Both the position numbers and the translations under genes were made by a program. Below, piece by piece: positions 21,404 to 31,992 of a DNA stretch of 64,000 nt (the stretch's first letter is position 1; every line of letters starts with the position of its first letter). The notes under the pieces were generated by a model. That model ran no database searches. It saw only the letters and a list, made by a program, of their open reading frames with translations, and was not told the DNA's origin. Source of the stretch: Escherichia phage AV108; the sequence record OR352938.1. One strand, written 5' to 3'.

Positions 21404-22033
21404 TCAAAGGATCGTCAGAAATTCATTAAGACCCCTGATCGAATGAATACCGAACTCCCCGCAATCACACTTGATCGGTACTGCCAGTGTGATTTGTGGA
21501 CCTGTCAATTCATCGATGATAGTCTCTACGTGTTCTGTTGTCAACATACTTAGTATGGTGTCGAAGTCTTGTTCGTTTAGGTCATTAATATCAAATTCCT
21601 GATTATCAATGACAATATAATCAATACAAGCAATTACCATCTGCATGATATCGTCATCTTCTGTAAAAAGAGGAGGACGGAATTTAATTTTAACCCCTCC
21701 TAAGTCTAACATATATGGTTCTGTGTCTGGGATCTGAGTCCGTTCAACATTAAGATTATATTCTTTCTCTTTGTTACATACTCCACATACCCACGTAGAT
21801 TTGAAATTTTCTTTTGCTAGGCTATGACACCATAGCATAAGGAATAGGTATTCAGCCTCGCATTTCTCTAACTCTAATGCGTTAATTCCTGTGCATTCAT
21901 TGATAATGTCTAATACCGCTTCCTTAAGACGTCCGGTGCTCTTATATTCTACTAGTTTCTGAAATTCTTCATAGGTGAATGCTCTAGCGGTGATCGTCTT
22001 ATCACCTAACTTAATCTTGAAAATATGTTGCAT
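21404..22033 (-). CDS. 26: baseplate hub subunit (T4 gp26-like)
   Basis: Synteny opposite gene 51; ATG at 22033 with GAGGTG RBS (track start 22042 is GTG). Confidence 0.8.
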   Translation of the reverse strand: MQHIFKIKLGDKTITARAFTYEEFQKLVEYKSTGRLKEAVLDIINECTGINALELEKCEAEYLFLMLWCHSLAKENFKSTWVCGVCNKEKEYNLNVERTQIPDTEPYMLDLGGVKIKFRPPLFTEDDDIMQMVIACIDYIVIDNQEFDINDLNEQDFDTILSMLTTEHVETIIDELTGPQITLAVPIKCDCGEFGIHSIRGLNEFLTIL

Positions 22034-22074
22034 AGTATACACCTCTTATGATACATAGAAATTATTTAGTATTT

Positions 22075-22082
22075 TATAAATA
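22075..22082 (+). promoter_or_regulatory. T4-type late promoter (TATAAATA) for the 51-27-28-29-48-54 cluster
   Basis: Exact TATAAATA 21 nt upstream of gene 51 ATG in the divergent 26/51 intergenic region. Confidence 0.55.
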
Positions 22083-22102
22083 CCCGAAAGGGGGATTGTA
22101 TT

Positions 22103-22876
22103 ATGAATGTTATACGAATTAAAATGCCCGATGGCGGGGCTAAACGTTTTAAACCATTCACTGTAAAAGATTATCGTGATTTTCTTTTAGTCTCTGCTGA
22201 TATGAAAGGCAATCCATCGGAGGAACAACTGATTCTAGATGAATTGCTGGAGGAATTATACCCTGATGTGGACCCGATATTCCGAGAATATATTTTCCTG
22301 AACGTTTTTACTAGCTCAATAGGTAAAACAAAATTACCACTTTCTTTTAAGTGTCCGACCTGCGGTAAGGAAAAGCGAATATTGTTAAACCTTGCTGTTC
22401 CGGCACTGCAACCAATCGTCCTAGAAACGGCTGGGCTTAAAATTAAGTTTAAGTATGTGAAACCATCAACCGACTACGCAAAAACGTTTCTAGAAGCGAT
22501 TGAGAGCGTTTCTGATGGTGATAATGAGTATGCATGGACAGAATTGCCGGAGGAAGTGCGCGATCAGGTTATAGATTCGATATCCTTCTCAGAATTTGAA
22601 ACCATAGTAAAGAAAATGCACACCATTTTGATTGAGCAGAAGATCAAATGCTGTGATACACACGAATTAAGATATACCGATTTGTTGGGGTTATATAAAC
22701 TAATCCTTAATCCAGATGAGCTTTTTACTTTTTATAGGATTAATCATCTGCTTGTGAAAAGTAGTTATTCGTTTGGCGATCTAATGGATATGTTGCCAGT
22801 AGAAAGAAATATCGCCCTAACATTAGTAGAAAAAGACGTTAAAGAGGCAAATAATGCAAAGACCCGGATTTCCTAA
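22103..22876 (+). CDS. 51: baseplate hub assembly protein (T4 gp51-like)
   Basis: 257-aa ORF; synteny and size. Confidence 0.8.
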   Translation: MNVIRIKMPDGGAKRFKPFTVKDYRDFLLVSADMKGNPSEEQLILDELLEELYPDVDPIFREYIFLNVFTSSIGKTKLPLSFKCPTCGKEKRILLNLAVPALQPIVLETAGLKIKFKYVKPSTDYAKTFLEAIESVSDGDNEYAWTELPEEVRDQVIDSISFSEFETIVKKMHTILIEQKIKCCDTHELRYTDLLGLYKLILNPDELFTFYRINHLLVKSSYSFGDLMDMLPVERNIALTLVEKDVKEANNAKTRIS

Positions 22877-23963
22877 CGTCTCTATAAAGCTATATCAAGA
22901 TTATGAAGCATTTTTGGAAAATAGATTTGTTGAATTGGGTGCTACCTTCATTACAATGACATTACGTGATTCTCTTCGTGGTGTCAATGAAGGATTGTTA
23001 CAAATATATGATTCTAAGGCGCTTCATACGAAATTAGCAGGAACAGAGATTATACAAATTTCATTATCAACGGCTAATACTGAACAAGTATTCAACCGGA
23101 TATATGGTATCGCGCATAGTAATGTGACGGTTGACTCTAAGGCCGATAATATAATAACCTTCCAGTTAAAGAGCTACCATGAAACGCTGAATCTAAAGTT
23201 TTCTCGCGCTACCGACACTAACGCGGTGAATAACATAACCAGTATGATAGACGCGATCTATAAAAATGTTCCATTGTGGAAACCTGCCATTACGGGAGTA
23301 AACGTATTCATTCCTAAGTGTCCGTGGGTGAACACCGTTAACGATTATTTTGAATATGTGAGAACGCATGGTCAGAGTGTAGACAACGAATCGTTCGTTT
23401 ATTGTTGGGAGGACTTTGACGGGATCAAGATCACCGATCATAAACTACTGATGCAGGGTGATCCAATTCCTGCTATCGTCACCGAGCCTACCCTAACAGG
23501 ACAATTCATGGATATGAGCGAATATTTGATGGTGTTTAACTTTGAGTGGGATACTAAGAGTAATGCGGTAACAAAAAACTCATTCGCTAATGTCACTTAC
23601 ACAACAATTGATTTCATCACGAAGCAGTATAACAAGATTGTAGTGGGTAATGGTGATAACATAGCTCATTTTGCTCATGGTGGCGCTTATGGTAATTTGA
23701 CATATAAAAACGCGTATCTTGAAGGTTCTAAACTGGCAACTTTTGGACAATTTGATTCCTATGCCAGCGCGGTGTGTCATGGTAATTTCTCTCTACGTCC
23801 AGCACAAAAGCTAAGATTCTTTGATGCTAAACAGCAAATTCGCACCGATTTTATTGTCGATGAAGTTGTTCATGAAATTTGTCGAGAACAATCATTAACA
23901 CATATTCACATGTTTAGTCATAGTGAGATTTTGAAAGATGTACAATTTGAAGGTAAAATATGA
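22854..23963 (+). CDS. 27: baseplate hub subunit (T4 gp27-like)
   Basis: 369-aa ORF overlapping gene 51 end; synteny. Confidence 0.85.
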   Translation: MQRPGFPNVSIKLYQDYEAFLENRFVELGATFITMTLRDSLRGVNEGLLQIYDSKALHTKLAGTEIIQISLSTANTEQVFNRIYGIAHSNVTVDSKADNIITFQLKSYHETLNLKFSRATDTNAVNNITSMIDAIYKNVPLWKPAITGVNVFIPKCPWVNTVNDYFEYVRTHGQSVDNESFVYCWEDFDGIKITDHKLLMQGDPIPAIVTEPTLTGQFMDMSEYLMVFNFEWDTKSNAVTKNSFANVTYTTIDFITKQYNKIVVGNGDNIAHFAHGGAYGNLTYKNAYLEGSKLATFGQFDSYASAVCHGNFSLRPAQKLRFFDAKQQIRTDFIVDEVVHEICREQSLTHIHMFSHSEILKDVQFEGKI

Positions 23964-24481
23964 TGACTGATACTAAACCATCTCTAAAATTTGTTGTTCC
24001 TGTTAAAAATATTACCGTTAACGGGAAACATATCAAGATCCCTAAAATGGGGATCAAACAGCACAGATTATTAAAAGATGTTCGTAGCTGTGAAGATACT
24101 TTAAAAATTCTACTTGATTCCATTCACCCAGGACTAAATGCAGCCGAAGCAGAATATGTTATGCTTCACTTATGCTCTTTTAATGGCAAATGCCTAGAAG
24201 AAAAAGATGGTTTGCGATTGGATGATGTTTATATCTGTACAGAATCGGAGTTTGAATTTAATGGCGAGAAATTCAAGTTCACGCCTCCTATGCTCTCTTC
24301 TGAATATACACATGATGATGCAAATTTCCTAAGCAATCACTATCACGATCCTAGTGTAGACTTTCATAAATTCCCGGCGTTTATTATGAATTGGGCTACA
24401 GGATTAAGAAAAACCGTTGCCTTAGATACTCCAGAAGGTACTATCTATGGTGGCATTAACATATTGGATCGCCTATCATGA
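23960..24481 (+). CDS. 28: baseplate hub distal subunit (T4 gp28-like)
   Basis: 173-aa ORF, ATGA overlap with 27; synteny. Confidence 0.82.
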   Translation: MMTDTKPSLKFVVPVKNITVNGKHIKIPKMGIKQHRLLKDVRSCEDTLKILLDSIHPGLNAAEAEYVMLHLCSFNGKCLEEKDGLRLDDVYICTESEFEFNGEKFKFTPPMLSSEYTHDDANFLSNHYHDPSVDFHKFPAFIMNWATGLRKTVALDTPEGTIYGGINILDRLS

Positions 24482-26160
24482 ATGACACATTAACATCATT
24501 TCGCGGAATGCGTAAAGACGCAGAAAATGATCCGCTTGATAAATTAGAAAAATTGGACAAACTAGATTCTATTGATAATCTTCAAGCTGCAAGCGAATTG
24601 GTAGCAGAGACAGTAGAACAAAAATCTAATGAAGTTATTGGAGCGGTGGAGGATAACACCGCTGCCAACGAATTAACGGCAGAAAACACACAATCAACTG
24701 CTGGTAATACTCAAAAAACCTATGAAGAATTGCAGAAGTTGAACAGCTTTTCTTCTCAGATGAATGAGAAATTACGCGGTTTTGGTGTTATGATGGAACG
24801 TAGATTCAGCGTAGTTTCTAAGATCACCAGTGGTCTTGATGCAATTGAAAAGGCCATCAAGGATGAGAAACAGCCGGAACAAACTATGCCATCTCCGCAA
24901 CCAGTTTTGCCGACTGTACCGGAACAACAAAATAACGATAACTATCCTACGTTGCCTAAGAAGCCCAAAGACGATAAGAAAAAGAAAAAGAAAGATAAGA
25001 ATAGCGACCGTGACAATAATATGCAACTGCTAATCAAAGCGGTTCGCGGTGGATTTAAAGAGACTGTTGGTGTATCCAACAAGATATTCTCTATGCTGTT
25101 TAAAATGACAGTGACCGCAATGTTGGAAGTTGTCAAATGGGGAGCTATTCTTCTGGGGATCGTTGTTGCTGTTGATACTCTAATGATTCATTTTAGACAC
25201 TGGAGCACATTGTTTGACGAGAACTTTGGCGAGTTTATGAAGAAGTCCGGAAATTGGGGTTCTACATTAGATAAAGTTTTAACTTCCGTTGAAAGTATAC
25301 AAAACTATTGGGAAAATAAGGAGTATGGTGAACTTGTAACCGAGCTTGTTAGTGGTTTGGCTGATGTGTTGGTTGATGCGTTTTTTCAGCTTGATAGAAT
25401 AATAACTAAAGGGCTTGCGTCGGTGCTTCGTTCTATTCCTGGTATGGGTTCGTTGGCTGATACTCTGGAATATGGTGCTTTAAAACAAGCACAAGCGCGT
25501 AGTGGTGTTAAAATGGATGAACGAGAAAAAGAGTTGTACGCCCGTATGAAGAAAGAAGAAGAAATTCAGAAAGGTATGCAGACTCAAGCAAAACTTGCTA
25601 ATCAGCAATATAGCAGTATGGCAAGTATGCAAGTAGAGCCTATTTTAACTGAACAAGAAAAATATGAAGTTACTAGGATGAAAGAGCTAAAATCTGTTAG
25701 TGATGATGCCTATAGAAAGAGTAGCAATATCACTATTGACGTTGAGGGTGACATGGTTCGAAATATATCTATGTTAAAGACCGTAAAACCAGGGACTCGT
25801 CCAGATAAATTAGCTGCGCTTGATAAGGATGTTAATGAACAGCGTAAAGTGTTGGACAATCCAGACCTTCTTTCTACAGACAGACAGAAAATTAAAGAAC
25901 TTCTTGACCAATACGACAAGATTCGTATTACTAAGAACGCACCTGCTGTTACTCCACCGCCACCGGATGAAACCGATACAGCAAAACAAGCTAAGTCTAT
26001 AGAACAAGGTCAGCTACAAAATATTAGAAACGATAATACTGTTACTAATACTGCCAACGTTGCAAACACGCAGATCTATAACAATAATAGAACGGTTCAG
26101 ATAACCAGGCCTCAAACTAGTACACCTTCTCCCGGTCTATTACAGAAAGGAATAGTTTAA
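24478..26160 (+). CDS. 29: baseplate hub / tail length determinator (T4 gp29-like)
   Basis: 560-aa ORF with low-complexity Lys/Asp tract and coiled-coil regions; synteny. Confidence 0.85.
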   Translation: MNDTLTSFRGMRKDAENDPLDKLEKLDKLDSIDNLQAASELVAETVEQKSNEVIGAVEDNTAANELTAENTQSTAGNTQKTYEELQKLNSFSSQMNEKLRGFGVMMERRFSVVSKITSGLDAIEKAIKDEKQPEQTMPSPQPVLPTVPEQQNNDNYPTLPKKPKDDKKKKKKDKNSDRDNNMQLLIKAVRGGFKETVGVSNKIFSMLFKMTVTAMLEVVKWGAILLGIVVAVDTLMIHFRHWSTLFDENFGEFMKKSGNWGSTLDKVLTSVESIQNYWENKEYGELVTELVSGLADVLVDAFFQLDRIITKGLASVLRSIPGMGSLADTLEYGALKQAQARSGVKMDEREKELYARMKKEEEIQKGMQTQAKLANQQYSSMASMQVEPILTEQEKYEVTRMKELKSVSDDAYRKSSNITIDVEGDMVRNISMLKTVKPGTRPDKLAALDKDVNEQRKVLDNPDLLSTDRQKIKELLDQYDKIRITKNAPAVTPPPPDETDTAKQAKSIEQGQLQNIRNDNTVTNTANVANTQIYNNNRTVQITRPQTSTPSPGLLQKGIV

Positions 26161-26161
26161 T

Positions 26162-27220
26162 ATGAAAATTCAAATTTTGGATGATGCTAAAGACGCCTTT
26201 AAAAAAGGCGTCAAAGCGTCTGCTGGTTTTACTCAAAAACAAGACAAGTCAACTTTAACCGCTCAATTTCCATCTGAACGAGCTAGCGGCAATGATTCAT
26301 CTGGTATATACATAAATGACCTTTATAATAACGGTTTGTTGTTTACTGCCTATGATTATAAAAGTCGTGTTACCGACTCTCTACGAGATTTCAGAAATAA
26401 AGGAAACACGATCAAGGGGTTTGGTCTATCTATTTCTAATGGTGGTAAAGCAGAATATACGAGTAATAGGGGAGTTGGGTTTGATCGTGAGGCCGTTGCT
26501 AATATTCTACTTCCTCGTAGTCAATCAGATGTTGATGCGGTAAGTCACAAGTTTAATGATGTTGGTGAATCTCTCGTTACGCGTGGCGGTGGTACTATTT
26601 CTGGCGCATTATCTACTATGGCATCGACCGCAGTATTTGGTGGGTTGGAAAGTTTGACGGGTGGTTATCTTGCGGATAAAAACGAGCAAATCTATAATAC
26701 CGCTCGTAGCATGTATGCTGGGGCAGATCCTAGAACTAAAAACTATGTTTGGAACTTAACCCCACGCAGTATTGAAGACTTGCGAAATATCCTGATTATC
26801 TATGAGACGTTTGTAGAGTTATCTTATGGGTCTAGTGGTATTTCCAGTACCGCAAAACAATTAAAAGCGGAAGTTGACGCATGGTATAAAAAGACAATTC
26901 TTTCTAAAACGGTTCCAGAAGGTGCTGATACAACGGGTACTGTATTTGAGGGAATAACTGACTTTTTGACAAACGTAACCACTGTATCGAATCCTACTAT
27001 ATGGATGGTATCAAACTTTGGAAAACGTTCTGAATATGAGGGAAGAAGTGATGTTTTCGGACCAGCGCAAATTTCTAACGTAAGGCTTGATAAATCTCCG
27101 GATGGTAAATTTGGTGGACTTGCAATATCTCCTAATTTACCGAGCACTTTTGTTTTGGAAGTATCGTTCAGGGAGATTCTTACTCTTTCCCGTGGTACTG
27201 TATTTGGGAGTCAATTATAA
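26162..27220 (+). CDS. 48: baseplate tail tube cap (T4 gp48-like)
   Basis: 352-aa ORF; synteny. Confidence 0.85.
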   Translation: MKIQILDDAKDAFKKGVKASAGFTQKQDKSTLTAQFPSERASGNDSSGIYINDLYNNGLLFTAYDYKSRVTDSLRDFRNKGNTIKGFGLSISNGGKAEYTSNRGVGFDREAVANILLPRSQSDVDAVSHKFNDVGESLVTRGGGTISGALSTMASTAVFGGLESLTGGYLADKNEQIYNTARSMYAGADPRTKNYVWNLTPRSIEDLRNILIIYETFVELSYGSSGISSTAKQLKAEVDAWYKKTILSKTVPEGADTTGTVFEGITDFLTNVTTVSNPTIWMVSNFGKRSEYEGRSDVFGPAQISNVRLDKSPDGKFGGLAISPNLPSTFVLEVSFREILTLSRGTVFGSQL

Positions 27221-28149
27221 TGTTTGATTTAAACGATTTCAACGAACAAGCCGCTAATCTAGACTTCCAGCGTTCTAATCTATTTTCGGTGGCGTTTGCC
27301 ACCGTTCCTAGTAGCAAGACACAGCAAATTCTAGAAAATTTTGGTGGTGCTGTATATGATATTATACCAGGTAAACTAAATGATTATTTTGGTATTACTC
27401 GTGGGGATTATACTGACGCGGTAGCAAATCTTGCTATTGGTGGTGTGCGTAAAGCTGTTAGCTCGTCCGGTGTTAAAAAATATTTGTTGGGTGCAATGTC
27501 ATCACGAGTAGTTCAATCTCTTTTGGGACAATTTGAAGTTGGTACATATGTCATGGATTGGTTCAATATGGCATATAAGACAAGCGGTCTTCTGGTGTAT
27601 GCTGTTAAGGTTCCAGAAAACAGATTGAATTATGAAATGGACCGTAACCACAATGCGCCAAACATTCGAATTACTGGACGTGATTTTGATCCGCTTGTAT
27701 TGAGCTTTAGAATGGACGCTAGCGCATCAAATTACCGTGCGATGCAGGATTGGGTTAACTCAGTAGAAGACCCCGTTACAGGGCTTCGTGCGCTTCCTGT
27801 TGACGTTGAAGCCGATATTCAGGTCAACTTACATAACCGAATGGGTGTACCACATACAATTATGATGTTTAGTGGATGTATTCCAGTTGGTGTTAGTTCT
27901 CCTGAATTGAGTTATGAAAATAACAACGAGATCACAACATTCGATGTTACTTTTGCGTATAGGACTATGCAAACTGGTGCTGTAGGAGAGCAAGCCGCGC
28001 GAGAATGGATTGAGGATAAGGCAATAAATCTTATTCAAAATACTGTTGGTGAGGGTAAAAAAAGTTCGTTGACCTTTGCTGGTAGTGCATTGTCAAGATT
28101 ACAGGGTGTTGGTGGTAGGATAGTCAACTCTATTACTAGGTTATTCTAA
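27220..28149 (+). CDS. 54: baseplate tail tube initiator (T4 gp54-like)
   Basis: 309-aa ORF; synteny. Confidence 0.85.
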   Translation: MFDLNDFNEQAANLDFQRSNLFSVAFATVPSSKTQQILENFGGAVYDIIPGKLNDYFGITRGDYTDAVANLAIGGVRKAVSSSGVKKYLLGAMSSRVVQSLLGQFEVGTYVMDWFNMAYKTSGLLVYAVKVPENRLNYEMDRNHNAPNIRITGRDFDPLVLSFRMDASASNYRAMQDWVNSVEDPVTGLRALPVDVEADIQVNLHNRMGVPHTIMMFSGCIPVGVSSPELSYENNNEITTFDVTFAYRTMQTGAVGEQAAREWIEDKAINLIQNTVGEGKKSSLTFAGSALSRLQGVGGRIVNSITRLF

Positions 28150-28153
28150 ATGT

Positions 28154-28176
28154 AAAGGGGGATTATACCCCCTTTT
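28154..28176. terminator. bidirectional terminator hairpin AAAGGGGG-ATTATA-CCCCCTTT
   Basis: 8-bp stem with T-run, between convergent gene 54 and lipoprotein gene. Confidence 0.7.
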
Positions 28177-28177
28177 A

Positions 28178-28690
28178 TTATTTTAATAACTGTTCGCATT
28201 GTTTACGTAGCTTATAACGGTATTCTTTAGACCGCAGCATTTTAACTTTTTCGTAGTCTCCGTTATCATACGCACTATTAAGATCATCTTGATATGCTGC
28301 TTCCGTCCCGATTACACATACTCCAAATTGTCTACGACGGTCGGCATCTTCCATTGCTTTACGGTTCATTTCTTCAATTGAATTTTCACGACCATAATAA
28401 TATTCGTAAATGCGTTTCTTCTCTGCTTCTTTATCTGCCTTAATCTTTGCGATCTGTTCTGCTGATTCCTGTTGACGACCTAAACGCTGTAATGAGGCGT
28501 CTTTCTTTTCAAGGTAGTCAATCACGCAATCTTCAACGCTATTAAATGGAAAACGTGACTCTTTCTGCCATCGTTCACATGACCGTACAAACTCGTGTGT
28601 ATTCTTAGATGCCAGTGCCAGATCATGCACAGCACACCCATTAAGCATAGCAACCAAAGCCGCAAGACCAATCAGTTTAATCATTTTCAT
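28178..28690 (-). CDS. putative lipoprotein
   Basis: 170 aa; N-terminal signal peptide with lipobox (LIGLAALVAMLNGC); start overlaps upstream ART stop (ATGA). Confidence 0.6.
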   Translation of the reverse strand: MKMIKLIGLAALVAMLNGCAVHDLALASKNTHEFVRSCERWQKESRFPFNSVEDCVIDYLEKKDASLQRLGRQQESAEQIAKIKADKEAEKKRIYEYYYGRENSIEEMNRKAMEDADRRRQFGVCVIGTEAAYQDDLNSAYDNGDYEKVKMLRSKEYRYKLRKQCEQLLK

Positions 28691-29511
28691 TTAGTCACCT
28701 CACCGAAAATTGTAAATTGTCTACGATTCTCATCGCCGAAAGATTCTACTACGTCGTTTACCTTGACGCAAGTCCCTCGCGGTAAAATTACTTCACATTC
28801 GCAAGGGTTCCATGCAATTGACCCAACAACAAAACCTTTATGATCTTTTACGTCAATTACCCATGATACATTACAAGAATGTTGCATCTTTCCGGTCATT
28901 GATTCATATCGATTCTCACAATAAAGGCTAGTGCTGTTTGATAGCCATCCTCCAAAGATGATCGGTGTCATGCTGGTAGATACAAAGTTTTTAAAGGTAA
29001 ACTCCTTATCTTCAATGATACGCTCTATTGTCTGAATGTCAAGATGTTGACCTCGATAAAGAGTACCGTTTAACTTTTCGGTTTTATCCATGACACAATC
29101 CATCAAATCAACAATCTCTGATATCTCATCGGTCATGTCTTCTTCCCCTAAGAGAGCACCATTTACCCATTCGTATTGTTCAGACACATAATCACAGATT
29201 GCATTATATTCTGCTGGGGTTATGTTGTTATGTTTGTAATGTTTGAATACATTATCTCCAAAGTCTTCGGAGTGTACTTCATACATCACATTAATGATTT
29301 TCTTGACAAATCCATAATCTTGTGTCTCGCGCTCAAGGAAGCGGATAACCTTCACATAATCATCAAAGTTAATCTGATCGCTGATCATCTCAGTGATCAT
29401 GTAACCATTAATCCCCTCAATGTCATATGTTTCGATGTAATTATCCATACGTTCCATCATTGATTCGCGTGATTCTTCTGAAAGACGAAAATCCTGTAAT
29501 TTCTTGAACAT
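28687..29511 (-). CDS. ADP-ribosyltransferase, Alt/Mod-like (R-S-E type)
   Basis: 274 aa; LYRG...FVSTS...PCECEVILPRG matches the Alt C-terminal catalytic core (YRG, STS, E-x-E). Confidence 0.72.
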   Translation of the reverse strand: MFKKLQDFRLSEESRESMMERMDNYIETYDIEGINGYMITEMISDQINFDDYVKVIRFLERETQDYGFVKKIINVMYEVHSEDFGDNVFKHYKHNNITPAEYNAICDYVSEQYEWVNGALLGEEDMTDEISEIVDLMDCVMDKTEKLNGTLYRGQHLDIQTIERIIEDKEFTFKNFVSTSMTPIIFGGWLSNSTSLYCENRYESMTGKMQHSCNVSWVIDVKDHKGFVVGSIAWNPCECEVILPRGTCVKVNDVVESFGDENRRQFTIFGEVTK

Positions 29512-29525
29512 TTTAAACCTCCCAT

Positions 29526-29563
29526 ATAACAGAAAACGGGGCTAGTATAAAACTAGTCCCCGT
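29526..29563 (-). terminator. rho-independent terminator after alt
   Basis: 11-bp stem ACGGGGCTAGT / ACTAGTCCCCGT; minus-strand RNA followed by a U-rich tract. Confidence 0.7.
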
Positions 29564-29589
29564 TTGAGTCAACCATTATTTCTTAAAAA

Positions 29590-31641
29590 TTACATTTTAA
29601 ATTTATCTGGCATTGCGTCTACAGATACCAGATCAGCGATAAGCTGACGTAGAGTTGCCTTATCTGCTTTCTTACGTTCGGTTTTAGCTTCGCTAATGAA
29701 GCTGGAGAAAGACAGGTCAGAAGCAGGTTTAATAACACCTTCACGGATGAATGCATCACCGTCCGCGATCATTTCGCCAGATTCTTGTAATGCTGCCAGT
29801 TCATTTTTGTTCATAATATGTGCCTCAATGTAATAAGTTTCTTGTGAATCCGTTGATGCCGTAGCACGAGTTACCGTATCAAAGGATAACACAACACCGC
29901 GAGGAAGTAAAATCTCGCATTCTTTGTAAGCAAATGCTTTGTTACCTACTGGCAAGACAGGGATGTTTTCCGCGCCAGCAATGGAGAAAGCAACATTAGC
30001 GCCACCTTCACCGCGAGAGCCAGCCATAGAATCAACACCAGCAACGGCACTAGCCACGTTTGCATTCCAGCCGCCAAAAATGTTAGGTGCAAGGGAAGTG
30101 CTCACATAGTTTTTAAAGTAAAACGCTTTTTGCTTACGTGCAGTTTCCCACATTTGCGACCGGAAGTCCATACCACGATACAGAATAGTACCCGGATCAA
30201 GTTTAACGCCATAGTTGGAGAAGGCATTATCCAGTGCATCGCACATCTTGACCAATTCTTCTGGATCTGCGATGCCTTCAAACTCTTCCAGCTTACGATC
30301 AGTTAGGAAGTTGTTCATATTGATGTATGCTGCATCGGCATATTCGCTCAACACAAAACCTTCCGCGCCTGGCAGATCAAGATCAATATCTGCCATCATT
30401 TCACCCATGTTACTAGCAATTGCTTCAAACATACCGGAAGCAACATTACGTAGGGCATCGGTTTTAATCTGGGTGATATGACTACGCAGCATTTCAGCTT
30501 TTACATCTGCTGGCATAGACTGGTCTACTCGATCCATTGCTAGGGCGGTGATCTTGTTTTCGAATACTTCCTCGCTCATGATTTCTTTTAAGCGTTTGAT
30601 TGATGCTGCGATAACTTCCGCAGACAACGGATCATATTGATCCTGAACTTTTACCAGTTCGCTTACTGCGTATTTTGCATCGGCTTCGCTTTCAAAAATA
30701 GTACGCATGAAACCATAGCGAGTGATAATATCACTTGTCCAGTCATTCAGAGAACGGGCGGTTGAACGTTCTAAGGCTTGACGGTCAATCAGAGTATTAA
30801 ACTGTTTCTTAGGTTCTGCTTCGGTGATATCTTCTTCCGGTTTAAGATTAATTTTTTCTGGATGATTCACATAGTCGCTGTTATAGGTCGCTTGAGTTTT
30901 CAGCATTTCTTCTTTAGTCAAACGAGATTTAGCCGCTACGCGTTGTTCCGCTTCCGCGTTTCGTTCTTCTTCTGACACAAGACTAGCCGCATACGCTTCA
31001 TCTTTAGTCAGAGATTCACCAGTAGCCTTAGATACCCAGCGATCACCTAAATCACTTTCTACTTTAGTGAACAAGGAATCATCAAGTTTAATCCCTTTAA
31101 TCTTATCAATCGCCATACCGCGACGCTTGACAACAACTAAAGCGATCTTTTTGCTGGTCATTACTTCCTGCTGGAATACTTCAAACTTCGGTGTACGACG
31201 CACCAAACGCTCTATAACGCGCTTAACCAGTTCGGTCTTACCTTTCATGCGGGATACGTTAAAACGGAACATAACAGCGTCTAGTTGCGCTTTACGGGCT
31301 GTTTCCATAACCACATCAAAAGCACTTGACATAACTGCAATCGGGTTATCGCCTAGACCATTTTTAAGCTGTACAATACGACCGCTTTTGTTCATTTCGC
31401 ACAGTACAACATGTGCGGTCTTGTCACCCAGACGAATGATTTTAGGTGTTTTGTTGGTGAAGTTACAAAGACGGACAATCACATCTTTATCGCGTGTCTG
31501 TACTGCAAAAAGCTGTTTAGGATTCTGCTTAGGCTTTAAGCACTGTACCGGAGCAATACTACCAAAGTTTTCTTCCTCTTCCGTCAACAGCCATTTCTCG
31601 AAAGATTCAATCATTAGATCGTCGATTTCTAAGTTAAACAT
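29590..31641 (-). CDS. alt: Alt ADP-ribosyltransferase (injected internal head protein)
   Basis: 683 aa (T4 Alt 682); C-terminal ILYRG...YVSTS...YKECEILLPRG catalytic motifs. Confidence 0.85.
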   Translation of the reverse strand: MFNLEIDDLMIESFEKWLLTEEEENFGSIAPVQCLKPKQNPKQLFAVQTRDKDVIVRLCNFTNKTPKIIRLGDKTAHVVLCEMNKSGRIVQLKNGLGDNPIAVMSSAFDVVMETARKAQLDAVMFRFNVSRMKGKTELVKRVIERLVRRTPKFEVFQQEVMTSKKIALVVVKRRGMAIDKIKGIKLDDSLFTKVESDLGDRWVSKATGESLTKDEAYAASLVSEEERNAEAEQRVAAKSRLTKEEMLKTQATYNSDYVNHPEKINLKPEEDITEAEPKKQFNTLIDRQALERSTARSLNDWTSDIITRYGFMRTIFESEADAKYAVSELVKVQDQYDPLSAEVIAASIKRLKEIMSEEVFENKITALAMDRVDQSMPADVKAEMLRSHITQIKTDALRNVASGMFEAIASNMGEMMADIDLDLPGAEGFVLSEYADAAYINMNNFLTDRKLEEFEGIADPEELVKMCDALDNAFSNYGVKLDPGTILYRGMDFRSQMWETARKQKAFYFKNYVSTSLAPNIFGGWNANVASAVAGVDSMAGSRGEGGANVAFSIAGAENIPVLPVGNKAFAYKECEILLPRGVVLSFDTVTRATASTDSQETYYIEAHIMNKNELAALQESGEMIADGDAFIREGVIKPASDLSFSSFISEAKTERKKADKATLRQLIADLVSVDAMPDKFKM

Positions 31642-31681
31642 TTTATATCCTCTAGTTGATAACCTATAAACCTATATTTAT

Positions 31682-31702
31682 GAAAAAGGGGCTTAACGCC
31701 CC
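31682..31702 (-). terminator. rho-independent terminator (GGGGC-TTAAC-GCCCC)
   Basis: Hairpin with minus-strand U-run, after the 31709-31921 gene. Confidence 0.6.
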
Positions 31703-31708
31703 CATTTA

Positions 31709-31921
31709 TTATAATGCACCATCGAGCAATTGCTCTAAGGTGTATCCTGAATAGTCTTTTTCAATCAGGGTATATTTTCCTACTCGTTTAATCCAGCCAC
31801 GCATTTCAACGTATTCTTCGTAGTTGATGGTGCGAGTTGTTCCATCTTCCAGTAATGCAGTACCGATTTCGTTAATGCGGTCATAAGTTACGTCGGTAAT
31901 GATGATTTCGATGTTAGCCAT
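31709..31921 (-). CDS. hypothetical protein (70 aa)
   Basis: ORF with ATG and GGAG RBS; own promoter upstream. Confidence 0.5.
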   Translation of the reverse strand: MANIEIIITDVTYDRINEIGTALLEDGTTRTINYEEYVEMRGWIKRVGKYTLIEKDYSGYTLEQLLDGAL

Positions 31922-31957
31922 TTGATACTCCTTAGTAGTTCGTTTCGGTATGGGTGT

Positions 31958-31986
31958 ATTATGATATACACCATCTGTTATGTCAA
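31958..31986 (-). promoter_or_regulatory. sigma70-like early promoter (TTGACA-17-CATAAT)
   Basis: Minus-strand -35 TTGACA and -10 CATAAT upstream of 31709-31921. Confidence 0.5.
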
Positions 31987-31992
31987 CAACTT

